Shown: positions 17,374 to 25,058 of the stretch, one piece after another
Position numbering within the stretch: position 1 is the stretch's first letter
Layout: each line of letters begins with the position of its first letter
Origin: a virus
IMG/VR virus record: IMGVR_UViG_3300045988_038566
DNA length: 47,547 nt
Strand: one strand, 5' to 3'
Notes under the pieces: model-generated
What the model was told of the DNA's origin: nothing
The model's database searches: none
The model's input: only the letters and a program-made list of their open reading frames with translations
Translations under genes and position numbers: made by a program

Positions 17374-18792
17374 ATGGGACTAATAGGAGAAACAACACCA
17401 GAAAAGATTTGGAATTTTCTGAAATCAAAAGGGCTGTCCAGTTGTGGGGCAGCCGGATTGATGGGGAACCTATATGCAGAAAGCGGGCTGAACCCGCAGA
17501 ACTTGCAGAACAGCTATGAAAAGAAGATGGGACACACTGACGCAAGCTACACAGCAGCCGTGGACAACGGCAGTCATGGAAACTTTGCAAGGGACGGCGC
17601 AGGCTATGGACTGGCGCAGTGGACATACCACACCAGAAAAGCCGCTTTGCTGGAATATGCAAAAGCAGCCGGGAAGTCTATTGGCGACCTTGAAACACAG
17701 CTGGGGTTCCTTATGAAAGAATTGACAGAGGGCTACAAAGCCACACTGTCAGTATTAAAGAGCGCACAGACCGTCATTGCTGCTTCAAATGCAGTGCTGA
17801 CACAGTTTGAGCGCCCGGCAGACCAGAGCGACACGGTGAAGACAAAGCGTGCAGGATATGGGCAGAAATACTATGACCAGTACGCAGCCGGAGCCGTTAG
17901 CAATAAAAAGAATGGAGGTACAAGCAATATGAATGTATCAGAAGTAAGAAAGAAATTTGCAGCAAGGGCGGCAGCGTATGTGGGAGTGAAAGAGGGTACA
18001 GCAGCACACCACGCAATCATTGACGCCTACAACAACCACAAGCCGTTAGCGCAGGGGTACAAAGTGACATACCGTGACGCATGGTGTGCAACCTTTGGTT
18101 CAAAGATTGCTATTGAAGCGGGCTACACAGATATTATCCCTACGGAGTGCAGCTGTGACCGTCAGATTAAGTTGTGGCAGCAGATGGGGCGCTGGTGCGA
18201 GAATGACGCAAAGGTGCCGGAACCGGGCGACTATATCTATTATGACTGGGACGACAACGGCGCTGGTGACTGCACAGGCAGTTCAGACCATGTGGGCGTT
18301 GTAGAAAGCTGCAACGGTAACACTATCACAGTTGTTGAGGGAAACAAGTCCAATGCCGTTGGAAGAAGAACACTGGAAGTCAACGGGCGTTATATCAGAG
18401 GTTATGGCGTGCCGGACTTCTCAAAGAAAGCAACAAGCGAACCTGTAAAGCCTGCGGCACCTGCACAGCCTGCGCAGGGAACAGCCGGGGAACAGGTATA
18501 CACCGTGCAGAGAGGTGACACACTTTCTGGCATTGCTGCAAAGTATGGCACCACATACCAGAAGTTAGCAAGCTACAATGGAATTGCAAACCCTAACGTC
18601 ATTAGTGTTGGGCAGAAAATCAAAATTCCGGGAAGCGGCGTGCGTACATACACCGTGAAGAGCGGTGACAGCCTTTGGGCAATCGCAGCAAAGCAGCTGG
18701 GCGACGGTTCCAGATACAATGAAATTAAGACCATGAACGGTCTTACAAGCAACACCATTTACGCTGGGCAGACATTAAAGCTGCCTGCATAA
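17374..18792 (+). CDS. Modular endolysin: lysozyme-like N-domain + CHAP + 2 x LysM
   Basis: 472 aa. N-terminal [14 protein letters not shown]...YGLAQWT (phage tail lysozyme-like). CHAP-like DAWCATFGS...[10 protein letters not shown]...VVEGN. Two C-terminal LysM repeats ([17 protein letters not shown]..., [18 protein letters not shown]...). Confidence 0.85.
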   Translation: MGLIGETTPEKIWNFLKSKGLSSCGAAGLMGNLYAESGLNPQNLQNSYEKKMGHTDASYTAAVDNGSHGNFARDGAGYGLAQWTYHTRKAALLEYAKAAGKSIGDLETQLGFLMKELTEGYKATLSVLKSAQTVIAASNAVLTQFERPADQSDTVKTKRAGYGQKYYDQYAAGAVSNKKNGGTSNMNVSEVRKKFAARAAAYVGVKEGTAAHHAIIDAYNNHKPLAQGYKVTYRDAWCATFGSKIAIEAGYTDIIPTECSCDRQIKLWQQMGRWCENDAKVPEPGDYIYYDWDDNGAGDCTGSSDHVGVVESCNGNTITVVEGNKSNAVGRRTLEVNGRYIRGYGVPDFSKKATSEPVKPAAPAQPAQGTAGEQVYTVQRGDTLSGIAAKYGTTYQKLASYNGIANPNVISVGQKIKIPGSGVRTYTVKSGDSLWAIAAKQLGDGSRYNEIKTMNGLTSNTIYAGQTLKLPA

Positions 18793-18811
18793 TCAACAGG
18801 AGGAAAAAACA

Positions 18812-19399
18812 ATGGATAATGTAATTTATGCAGCCGTATATTTTGCCGTAACACTGGGGGCGTTCTTGATTGGAAAGTACGTTTGCCCAAACATTCCAAA
18901 GACTGTAACAGACAAGCTGGGCGAACTGTCAGAGTGGGCAGCAAAGTTTGTGGAATGGGCAAAAGAGTTCAAAAAGGATAAGACCGGGGAAGAGAAGATG
19001 GCAGCAGTTGTGGAGCAGTTGAAGAAGATTGCTGATGAAGCCGGGCTGAATGTCACAGAAGACCAGCTGAAAGCCATTGCGCAGGCGGCATACAATGCCA
19101 TGAAAGCCGGAGAGAAAGAAAGCAATACCGCAGAACCGCTGGAAGCACTCACAGCCACACCAGCTGCAACGGTAGTGATTAACACAACGGCACCAGTGAC
19201 AACAACAGAGAAAGTGGCTATTGCCACAGACAATGCGCCGGAGGGTGCCACGGAAACAAACGCAGACGGCACAGTGAACCTTTATGACGCAGCCGGGAAC
19301 ATTACCGGGAGCGTGACAAAGGAAGAAGCAGAGAAGATGGCAGCAGAAGTCACGAAGATTGTTGACGAAGAGGGAAACACGCTGGCAGACCTTAAATAA
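18812..19399 (+). CDS. LL-H-type holin-like membrane protein
   Basis: 195 aa with a single N-terminal TM (AAVYFAVTLGAFLIGKYV) followed by a helical, charged tail, a pattern recalled for the holin LL-H family. Confidence 0.5.
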   Translation: MDNVIYAAVYFAVTLGAFLIGKYVCPNIPKTVTDKLGELSEWAAKFVEWAKEFKKDKTGEEKMAAVVEQLKKIADEAGLNVTEDQLKAIAQAAYNAMKAGEKESNTAEPLEALTATPAATVVINTTAPVTTTEKVAIATDNAPEGATETNADGTVNLYDAAGNITGSVTKEEAEKMAAEVTKIVDEEGNTLADLK

Positions 19400-19438
19400 T
19401 GCCGCTGACGCTTTGCAGAATAAGCCAGAATGAGAAGA

Positions 19439-19485
19439 AAAGACCGTAAGTGGAGAAATACACCACTTGCGGTCTTTTTGTGTTT
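19439..19485. terminator. Strong, probably bidirectional rho-independent terminator between convergent operons
   Basis: 15-bp stem AAAGACCGTAAGTGG (19439-19453) pairs with CCACTTGCGGTCTTT (19463-19477) with one G-U pair. A T-run follows on the + strand and TTTCTTC on the - strand. Confidence 0.8.
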
Positions 19486-19502
19486 ATGGGGCAAATACGG
19501 CG

Positions 19503-19817
19503 TTATATTGTTTTATATGTGTACTCAATCCCACTTTCAGTTGCGGTGATTGTGTCCAGCTGGTCTTTGTAGCAGCCACGGGCAGCAGTCGCACGGGCTT
19601 TTCTGACGGCTTCACTTTGGCTTCTGGCGTTTATATGCAGCCAGTCAATGCGGACGCCATCATTGTTCACAATGGATATTGCAAAGGATTTGTGAGCAAT
19701 GCGCTTCACAGCACCTTTGCCGTTGCACTGGTAGCAATGCCCGGTCACACCGGATTTGTAAATGAATTTACCGGAGCCGCCGCACTTGCTGCAAGTAATT
19801 ATATCAGACATATTCAC
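19503..19817 (-). CDS. Hypothetical protein with DnaJ-type CxxCxGxG zinc-finger repeats
   Basis: 104 aa. Motifs CSKCGGSGKF and CYQCNGKG. Confidence 0.55.
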   Translation of the reverse strand: MNMSDIITCSKCGGSGKFIYKSGVTGHCYQCNGKGAVKRIAHKSFAISIVNNDGVRIDWLHINARSQSEAVRKARATAARGCYKDQLDTITATESGIEYTYKTI

Positions 19818-19822
19818 ACCCC

Positions 19823-20056
19823 CTACATTGTGCCGATAAAATCAGAACTGGTAAGCGCCCAGAACTGGGCTGCGTGTATAGTTGGAAACTTTGGTATTTC
19901 CCATGTGATATTGTCGTACACAATCTTGTATATGCCGCCTTTGTTTACCGTCAGATAGTATTTATCAGTATCACTTTTGCGGTCTGCTGGGTGCGTGTCC
20001 TGCACCATGAATGAAAGCCCGTTCTTTCTGAAACGTCTATTATAAGATTTTCCCAT
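19823..20056 (-). CDS. Hypothetical protein (77 aa)
   Basis: Middle gene of the leftward three-gene operon, 5-nt gap to the next gene. Confidence 0.5.
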   Translation of the reverse strand: MGKSYNRRFRKNGLSFMVQDTHPADRKSDTDKYYLTVNKGGIYKIVYDNITWEIPKFPTIHAAQFWALTSSDFIGTM

Positions 20057-20105
20057 ATATTATCACCATTCTTTCTGGGCGGCAGCAGCGCCGCCCGTGT
20101 AGTTA

Positions 20106-20402
20106 TTAGTCAAGGCAACATTCCATTGAAATTGGATATTGCGCTTTTAATTTTTCAAAAGCAGCCTTTGTGACCCGGTAGCTGCGCCAGTTTTCAATTT
20201 TCTTCTGGCAACCATCAATCCAGTGGGCTTCAATTTCTGTAATGCCCCTGCCTTTTAATTCAAGCGGGGTATCAACAAAATAATGTTTGCCATAATATGA
20301 AAGGCTGGCTTCCATTTTGACTTCTGGCTTGCGCTGTCCCATTTCTGGGGTGTAGCAGTGCAGCCCGTTTATTCTATCTTCCATGTAAATGATTTTTCCC
20401 AT
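20106..20402 (-). CDS. Hypothetical protein (98 aa)
   Basis: First gene of the leftward operon. GGAGG RBS (minus strand) and a promoter cassette lie upstream. Confidence 0.55.
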   Translation of the reverse strand: MGKIIYMEDRINGLHCYTPEMGQRKPEVKMEASLSYYGKHYFVDTPLELKGRGITEIEAHWIDGCQKKIENWRSYRVTKAAFEKLKAQYPISMECCLD

Positions 20403-20443
20403 ATCGTTTGACCTCCGTGTGTTTGATTTCTTTAACTGTCTTT

Positions 20444-20472
20444 ATTATATACTTACGGAAGTATAAAAACAA
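20444..20472 (-). promoter_or_regulatory. Leftward promoter cassette (TTGTTT-N17-TATAAT) with the operator in the spacer
   Basis: The minus strand reads TTGTTT TTATACTTCCGTAAGTA TATAAT AAAGACAGTTAAAG, the same cassette as at 21137, 22025 and 33805. Confidence 0.7.
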
Positions 20473-20530
20473 TCGGCAAAATACACAAATATACTTCCGT
20501 AAGATTGTATAAAATGTATACTTCCGTAAG
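20448..20530. promoter_or_regulatory. Operator cluster: three copies of the TATACTTCCGTAAG core (20448-20465 inverted, 20490-20503, 20517-20530)
   Basis: Direct reading. The cluster lies in the divergent region between the leftward operon and the RHH gene. A rightward extended -10 (TGATATACT, 20542-20550) follows. Confidence 0.7.
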
Positions 20531-20577
20531 AAAACAAAGTGTGATATACTGATTAAAAACCACAGGAGGTGCAGGAA

Positions 20578-20820
20578 ATGCCAGATACAACAGAAAAGAA
20601 GACCATACCGAGAGGACCAGCAGCCACGGCAGCAAAGAACAAATACCGTGACAATAACTATGACCGCATGGAACTTGCGGTGCCAAAGGGCATGAAAGCC
20701 CGCATAAAAGAGATTGCAAAAGAACAGGGCTATTCATCACAAAACAACTATGTTGTGGAAGCGGTAAAAGAGAAGTACCAGCGGGACACCGGGGAGGAAT
20801 TGACGTGGCAGAAAGAATGA
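20578..20820 (+). CDS. Ribbon-helix-helix (Arc/CopG-like) DNA-binding protein, candidate regulator of the repeated operators
   Basis: 80 aa from ATG 20578 (AGGAGGTG RBS). The pattern YDRMELAVPKGMKARIKEIAKEQGYSSQNNYVVEAVKEKY reads as strand-helix-helix. Confidence 0.55.
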   Translation: MPDTTEKKTIPRGPAATAAKNKYRDNNYDRMELAVPKGMKARIKEIAKEQGYSSQNNYVVEAVKEKYQRDTGEELTWQKE

Positions 20821-21128
20821 TTATAGAGCCAGTGAAGAGGATAGCAGAAAATTATCTGGAAACCAGAAACAAGGTGATTGAAAATTGCTGGTGCATGATA
20901 GTTGGGAACGACACGCCAAAGCAGGAAGACGGCTGGCTTGAAGTAATGAACGGCAGGCAAACAGAAAACGGGATTGCTAATATATACAACTTTATGTATA
21001 AAGGGAAAAGAGCGCTGACGCTGGAAGAAGTACAAGGGTGCGGGGCAAGCAGGTATTTTATCAGCAGCGGGGAATATACACTGGAAGACTACATGAGAGC
21101 GGTGCAAAATAATTCTGAAAAACTGTGA
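20805..21128 (+). CDS. Hypothetical protein (107 aa)
   Basis: GTG 20805 lies 7 nt after GGAGG (20793-20797) and overlaps the RHH gene's end. Confidence 0.5.
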   Translation: MAERMIIEPVKRIAENYLETRNKVIENCWCMIVGNDTPKQEDGWLEVMNGRQTENGIANIYNFMYKGKRALTLEEVQGCGASRYFISSGEYTLEDYMRAVQNNSEKL

Positions 21129-21136
21129 AAAAACTA

Positions 21137-21165
21137 TTGACTTTATACTTCCGTAAGTATATAAT
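21137..21165 (+). promoter_or_regulatory. Promoter cassette TTGACT-N17-TATAAT with the operator TATACTTCCGTAAGTATA (21144-21161)
   Basis: -35 at 21137-21142, 17-nt spacer, -10 at 21160-21165, followed by AAAGATAGTTAAAG. Confidence 0.75.
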
Positions 21166-21223
21166 AAAGATAGTTAAAGAAGCAACAATACTTTGACGAA
21201 TACGGCAAGGGAAAGGAGAAAAC

Positions 21224-21370
21224 ATGGCAGACAATATGACAGATAAACAGTTTGAAAAAATCTTGAAAATGGTTGAAATGATTTTGGACGGCTGCAAAGA
21301 CCTTGACGAAGCAAAAGCAAAGGTTAAGGAACTTACAGAAGACCAGAAAAAAGAAAAGTCGGCAGAATAG
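21224..21370 (+). CDS. Small hypothetical protein (48 aa, helical, Lys/Glu-rich)
   Basis: ATG 21224 follows AAGGAGA. It is below the ORF-track size cut-off. A hairpin GTCGGC/GCCGAC overlaps the stop. Confidence 0.45.
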   Translation: MADNMTDKQFEKILKMVEMILDGCKDLDEAKAKVKELTEDQKKEKSAE

Positions 21371-21489
21371 CCGACAGGGTACAAACAGAGGGGCGGCGGG
21401 CTTGCCACCAAAGCCCCAAACTGTTTATATAGATATAATATCAAGAAAACGTGGCAAGGTCAATACAATTCAATACGGAGGAAAACGGA

Positions 21490-22017
21490 ATGGAAACTGA
21501 AATGGAAAGCAGAATTGCAGACCCGTTCAGCTGGGACGGACACGAAGCAGAAACACTGCTTGTTTGCGAAAGTGGAAGCGGAAGAGCAAAAGAACTGGTG
21601 GCAGTTGTGACAGTAAAGACAGAGGGAAGACCAGAAGCATTTTACAGAGTGAGAGAAGCAGGAGAAAAAGACGTTGACTTTGAAAGCTGGCTTGAAGCGG
21701 TAGACTATTACAACTGCATTGGAGTAGAGAGCCACCCGGCAACACCGGACACCGGAATTGCAAAAACGGAGTTGCAGGACGAAGACTGGAAAACAGCAAT
21801 AGCACAGAAAAAGCCAACAATCCCGGCAGGCGCAGTGGTAAAGATAACTGGAACACTGCAAAATATGTATGGGGACTTTGTGAAAGTGGAGTACAACGGC
21901 GTAAAGTACACGGTTGAGCCACGCAAACTGGATATGCCAAAGACGCTGGAAGAACAGAAACAGGCAATCAGAAAAGCGACACTGGCAGCAGGCGCAAAGA
22001 TAATTGAAAATAATTAA
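21490..22017 (+). CDS. Hypothetical protein (175 aa)
   Basis: ATG 21490 lies 8 nt after GGAGG. The leader TTCAATACGGAGG is shared with the 22120 gene. Confidence 0.55.
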   Translation: METEMESRIADPFSWDGHEAETLLVCESGSGRAKELVAVVTVKTEGRPEAFYRVREAGEKDVDFESWLEAVDYYNCIGVESHPATPDTGIAKTELQDEDWKTAIAQKKPTIPAGAVVKITGTLQNMYGDFVKVEYNGVKYTVEPRKLDMPKTLEEQKQAIRKATLAAGAKIIENN

Positions 22018-22024
22018 AAACCTA

Positions 22025-22053
22025 TTGACAATATACTTACGGAAGTATATAAT
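22025..22053 (+). promoter_or_regulatory. Promoter cassette TTGACA-N17-TATAAT with an inverted operator (22032-22049)
   Basis: -35 at 22025-22030, -10 at 22048-22053, followed by AAGGACAGTTAAAG. Confidence 0.75.
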
Positions 22054-22119
22054 AAGGACAGTTAAAGCAATAGTGCTTAACACAAATAGTCAATATGGTT
22101 CAATACGGAGGGAATAGCA

Positions 22120-22377
22120 ATGTTAAATGAAATCACAAAGAAAGAATTTGAAGAGAGATACCCGGAGGTAAGCACATACGGTCTGGAAGCATACAGCCCA
22201 GTATATCTGGAAAACGGCGTGGTTCTGATTGATAAGGAATGGAACGGCGAAGTTTACACAGTCAAGGACGAAGAGGGAAAAGAAAGAACATACAGACCAG
22301 TGCAGGAGCCAGACGAAGTGGACGACGACGGCGAAGTTTTACAGTGGAAAACAACTGGCTACGAAGAAGAGTTTTAG
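22120..22377 (+). CDS. Small, highly acidic hypothetical protein (85 aa)
   Basis: Asp/Glu-rich sequence (…QEPDEVDDDGEVLQWKTTGYEEEF). It has its own promoter cassette and terminator. Confidence 0.55.
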   Translation: MLNEITKKEFEERYPEVSTYGLEAYSPVYLENGVVLIDKEWNGEVYTVKDEEGKERTYRPVQEPDEVDDDGEVLQWKTTGYEEEF

Positions 22378-22383
22378 AAAAGA

Positions 22384-22425
22384 AGAACCCCGGCAGGCAG
22401 CAGCCTTGCTGGGGTTCTTTATTTT
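22384..22425. terminator. Bidirectional rho-independent terminator (ends the 22120 gene and the convergent integrase gene)
   Basis: AGAACCCC...GGGGTTCT outer stem with additional inner pairs. TTTATTTT follows on the + strand and a T-rich tract follows on the - strand. Confidence 0.7.
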
Positions 22426-22477
22426 GTACTAACTTAACACAGCCCACGGGTAGTGTCACATTAGTACAACACTACCC
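22426..22477. other. Candidate attP region (interleaved inverted repeats at the integrase 3' end)
   Basis: GTACTAA (22426-22432) pairs with TTAGTAC (22461-22467). GGGTAGTGT (22448-22456) pairs with ACACTACCC (22469-22477). The call rests on position only. Confidence 0.25.
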
Positions 22478-23869
22478 AAAAACAACACCCGTGATATTCT
22501 GGTCATTATCAATTCTAATTTCTTTAATGGCAGAACGCCAAAGCGTGCGTTTTTCTTCACGGGTCAAATTCTCATAAATTGTTTTGAAATCATTATCAAG
22601 GAGCCTGCGGACGGCTGCAAAGTCTGGCGGCGGTTCAATGCTGGGTTCCGGTATCTGTTTAAGTGCAGCAGTATATATTTGATAGTCCCTTTTGTAGTCC
22701 TCAATGTCTATTAAGTCATTCACATATAATTCTTTTAACTTGGTCAGCTTCCGTTTCAGTGCTGCTTTATCAGTGCGGGCAACGGACGCTTTCTTTTTGG
22801 CTGCGGCAACTTCCCATTCCAGCTGGCAGCGTTCCAGTTCCTCTGCCAGATGTTCAAACAGCCACTTTTCCACGACGTCTTCACGGGCTGAATGATTATG
22901 AGAGCAGCGCCCACGCTGGAAATGCTGGTTGCAGCGGTAATAATAATAATCACTTGACTTGTACCCGACCAGTTTATGCCCACATTCAGCGCAAGTCAGA
23001 ATGGAAGTGAAAATATATACCTTGCCAGACGGAACAGAACGTGCGTTGCGTTCCAGAAGCGCTTGCACACGGTCAAACTGCTGCTTGCTGATGATTGCCG
23101 GGCAGAAATGGTCATTGAACCTGCCGCCCCGGTCATACACCCCAGTATACAGCTTTTCTTTCAGCATACGCCGGAAAGTGGCGTCACACCAGTTCACGCC
23201 GTAGGTTTCCCGGATATAGCGGACAGTAGCACGCTGGGAAATCGAAGTTTCAAAGTAGTTGAAAGCGTCTTGCACAATGGCTGCGTCTTCTGGCACAACT
23301 TCCAGCCGCTTTTCCTCATTAACACGGAAGCCAAAGGGAGCAGAGCCGGAAACAACGGTGCCGTGGGCAATCTTACTGTCAAATACAACGTCTATTCGTT
23401 CCCCGTCAATGTCCGCTTCATTCTGGGCAATGGACAGCTTCACGTTAATATACAGACGCCCGTTTGCGGTTGTGGTGTCATATTCTTCATCAGTGGTTTT
23501 CCAGTCGCAGTTGTGCGCTTCCAGAACTTCCATGATTTTATAATAATCTGCCACGGAACGAAACCAGCGGTCAAGGCGGCAGAAAAGCAGAATATTCACT
23601 TCATCACGCTTCACACTGTCCATCATGCGTTGAAAGTCGGTTCTTTTATGAATGTTCTTTCTGGCGGTCTTGGCAGCGTCAATGTAAATTCCAACAATGA
23701 CCCAGCCACGTTCCCTTGCGTATGCTTCCAGTCGTTCTTGCTGGGCTTCCAGTGACAGACCTTTTATTTTCTGTTCTTCCCCGGAAACCCTTATATATAA
23801 AGCAACCCGGACAAGTTCCGGGCTTAAATCAATCTTTTTCACTATTGTATCACCTGCATTTCCTTTCAT
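22472..23869 (-). CDS. Large serine recombinase (phage integrase)
   Basis: 465 aa from ATG 23869 (ORF open to 23962). Resolvase-type N-domain (VALYIRVSGEEQ...), recombinase domain, zinc ribbon (CAECGHKL...YYYRCN) and a C-terminal coiled coil. Confidence 0.88.
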   Translation of the reverse strand: MKGNAGDTIVKKIDLSPELVRVALYIRVSGEEQKIKGLSLEAQQERLEAYARERGWVIVGIYIDAAKTARKNIHKRTDFQRMMDSVKRDEVNILLFCRLDRWFRSVADYYKIMEVLEAHNCDWKTTDEEYDTTTANGRLYINVKLSIAQNEADIDGERIDVVFDSKIAHGTVVSGSAPFGFRVNEEKRLEVVPEDAAIVQDAFNYFETSISQRATVRYIRETYGVNWCDATFRRMLKEKLYTGVYDRGGRFNDHFCPAIISKQQFDRVQALLERNARSVPSGKVYIFTSILTCAECGHKLVGYKSSDYYYYRCNQHFQRGRCSHNHSAREDVVEKWLFEHLAEELERCQLEWEVAAAKKKASVARTDKAALKRKLTKLKELYVNDLIDIEDYKRDYQIYTAALKQIPEPSIEPPPDFAAVRRLLDNDFKTIYENLTREEKRTLWRSAIKEIRIDNDQNITGVVFG

Positions 23870-23982
23870 TTCCCGCCTGCTGGTGATATAATCAAAATTG
23901 CAGACGGTATTGTTGTATCTGGTATGACATATCTTTGCACGCCCCGGAAGTGTTCCCAGCACGACCGGGGCATTTTGTTTTA

Positions 23983-24822
23983 TTAGTCTTTCAGAATGTC
24001 GTCTGTAAAGGCTGTTATTTTCTGACTTACAAAAGAAGAATAGTTTTCTAAATCCTGTTTAGGGTTATCACCTTGCAGCATGACAAATTCAGATAAAGCA
24101 ACAATCTGATTTTGTACGTCAATCAAGGCTTGACCGTAGTATGAAACGTCTGGACCGAAGCCAACGGAAGAAACCTGCTCATAATGCCACGCAGCACGCT
24201 TCTTTAAATCCACCAGAACAGGAACGGACGCTTTTTGCAGCTGGGAAACGGTCTTTGCGTCGGAGTGTACCAGCTGCCCCCAGCGTGTCAGCTGTTCTTC
24301 CGTGATGTATCGTGGGTCTTCCGGGTGTCGCTTTATGCGTATAAAGCTATACAGACAGAAGATACCGAACAGGGCGGCAACAACTGAAAAAATAACATGA
24401 GAAGAAGCAAAGAGGAACACGGCACCAGCCAGAGCAACGACGCCGAACACAACAAAGCTGGCGTCTGGTCTTTCCTGCAAAACTGCCGTGGTCTTTGGCG
24501 GCTTCTCTTTTGGCTGCGCAGCTGCTTTCTGAACTTTAGCAGGAGCAGGAGCGGCAGCAGGAGAGGAAGCAGAGGAACTGGCGGCGGCAGCAGTGGAAGA
24601 AACACGGCTGCTGACTGTCTTTTTCTTTTTGCTTTTCAAATTCTCGGTCTTAACGTAAGAAACACCAGTGCCGGGAACCCCTATGCTGGTTGTGACCCTG
24701 CCGCTGCTGTTTATACTTTTACGATACCCCTTGACGCCTGCACTTATACCAACGCTTTTCTTGCTGATGTTAAGACGGACGCCGGGGGCAATTTTCACGC
24801 TTTTTCTGAAACGTAAACCCAT
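23983..24822 (-). CDS. DUF4236-like membrane protein (lysogeny-module accessory gene)
   Basis: 279 aa. The N-terminus MGLRFRKSVKIAPGVRLNISKKSVGISAGVKG fits the DUF4236 pattern. A Ser/Ala/Pro low-complexity linker and two hydrophobic helices precede a C-terminal soluble domain. Confidence 0.6.
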   Translation of the reverse strand: MGLRFRKSVKIAPGVRLNISKKSVGISAGVKGYRKSINSSGRVTTSIGVPGTGVSYVKTENLKSKKKKTVSSRVSSTAAAASSSASSPAAAPAPAKVQKAAAQPKEKPPKTTAVLQERPDASFVVFGVVALAGAVFLFASSHVIFSVVAALFGIFCLYSFIRIKRHPEDPRYITEEQLTRWGQLVHSDAKTVSQLQKASVPVLVDLKKRAAWHYEQVSSVGFGPDVSYYGQALIDVQNQIVALSEFVMLQGDNPKQDLENYSSFVSQKITAFTDDILKD

Positions 24823-25058
24823 ATAAAACCACCTTTCTTGCGAATATCCACAAAAACATAGAAATTATAATAGTGAGTGCGCCCAGCCTTGCCACGCTGG
24901 AAAGGTGGTCACACATGATAAAAAAATATACACACTGGTATGATTGCAGAGTGTACGCAATCTATTACAGCAGCATAAACACTATTTATTATAATTTAGA
25001 TTTCAATGGAGCAACGCAACTTATAATTTGTAAATAGCGGGGGACGCTGGGTGCGTTA

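Noticed and set aside
20444-22053. The repeated about 45-nt cassettes as a CRISPR array or MITE-like elements
   Set aside because: There are only four full copies, 0.7-12 kb apart, in both orientations. Each is positioned as a promoter directly upstream of genes. There is no regular repeat-spacer periodicity and there are no target-site duplications.
24823-25058. The AT-rich 236-nt intergenic region as a small RNA or tRNA locus
   Set aside because: No cloverleaf or stable conserved hairpin was found apart from a terminator-like stem at 25043-25070 overlapping the repressor stop. It is more simply the promoter region of the DUF4236-like gene plus the repressor terminator.
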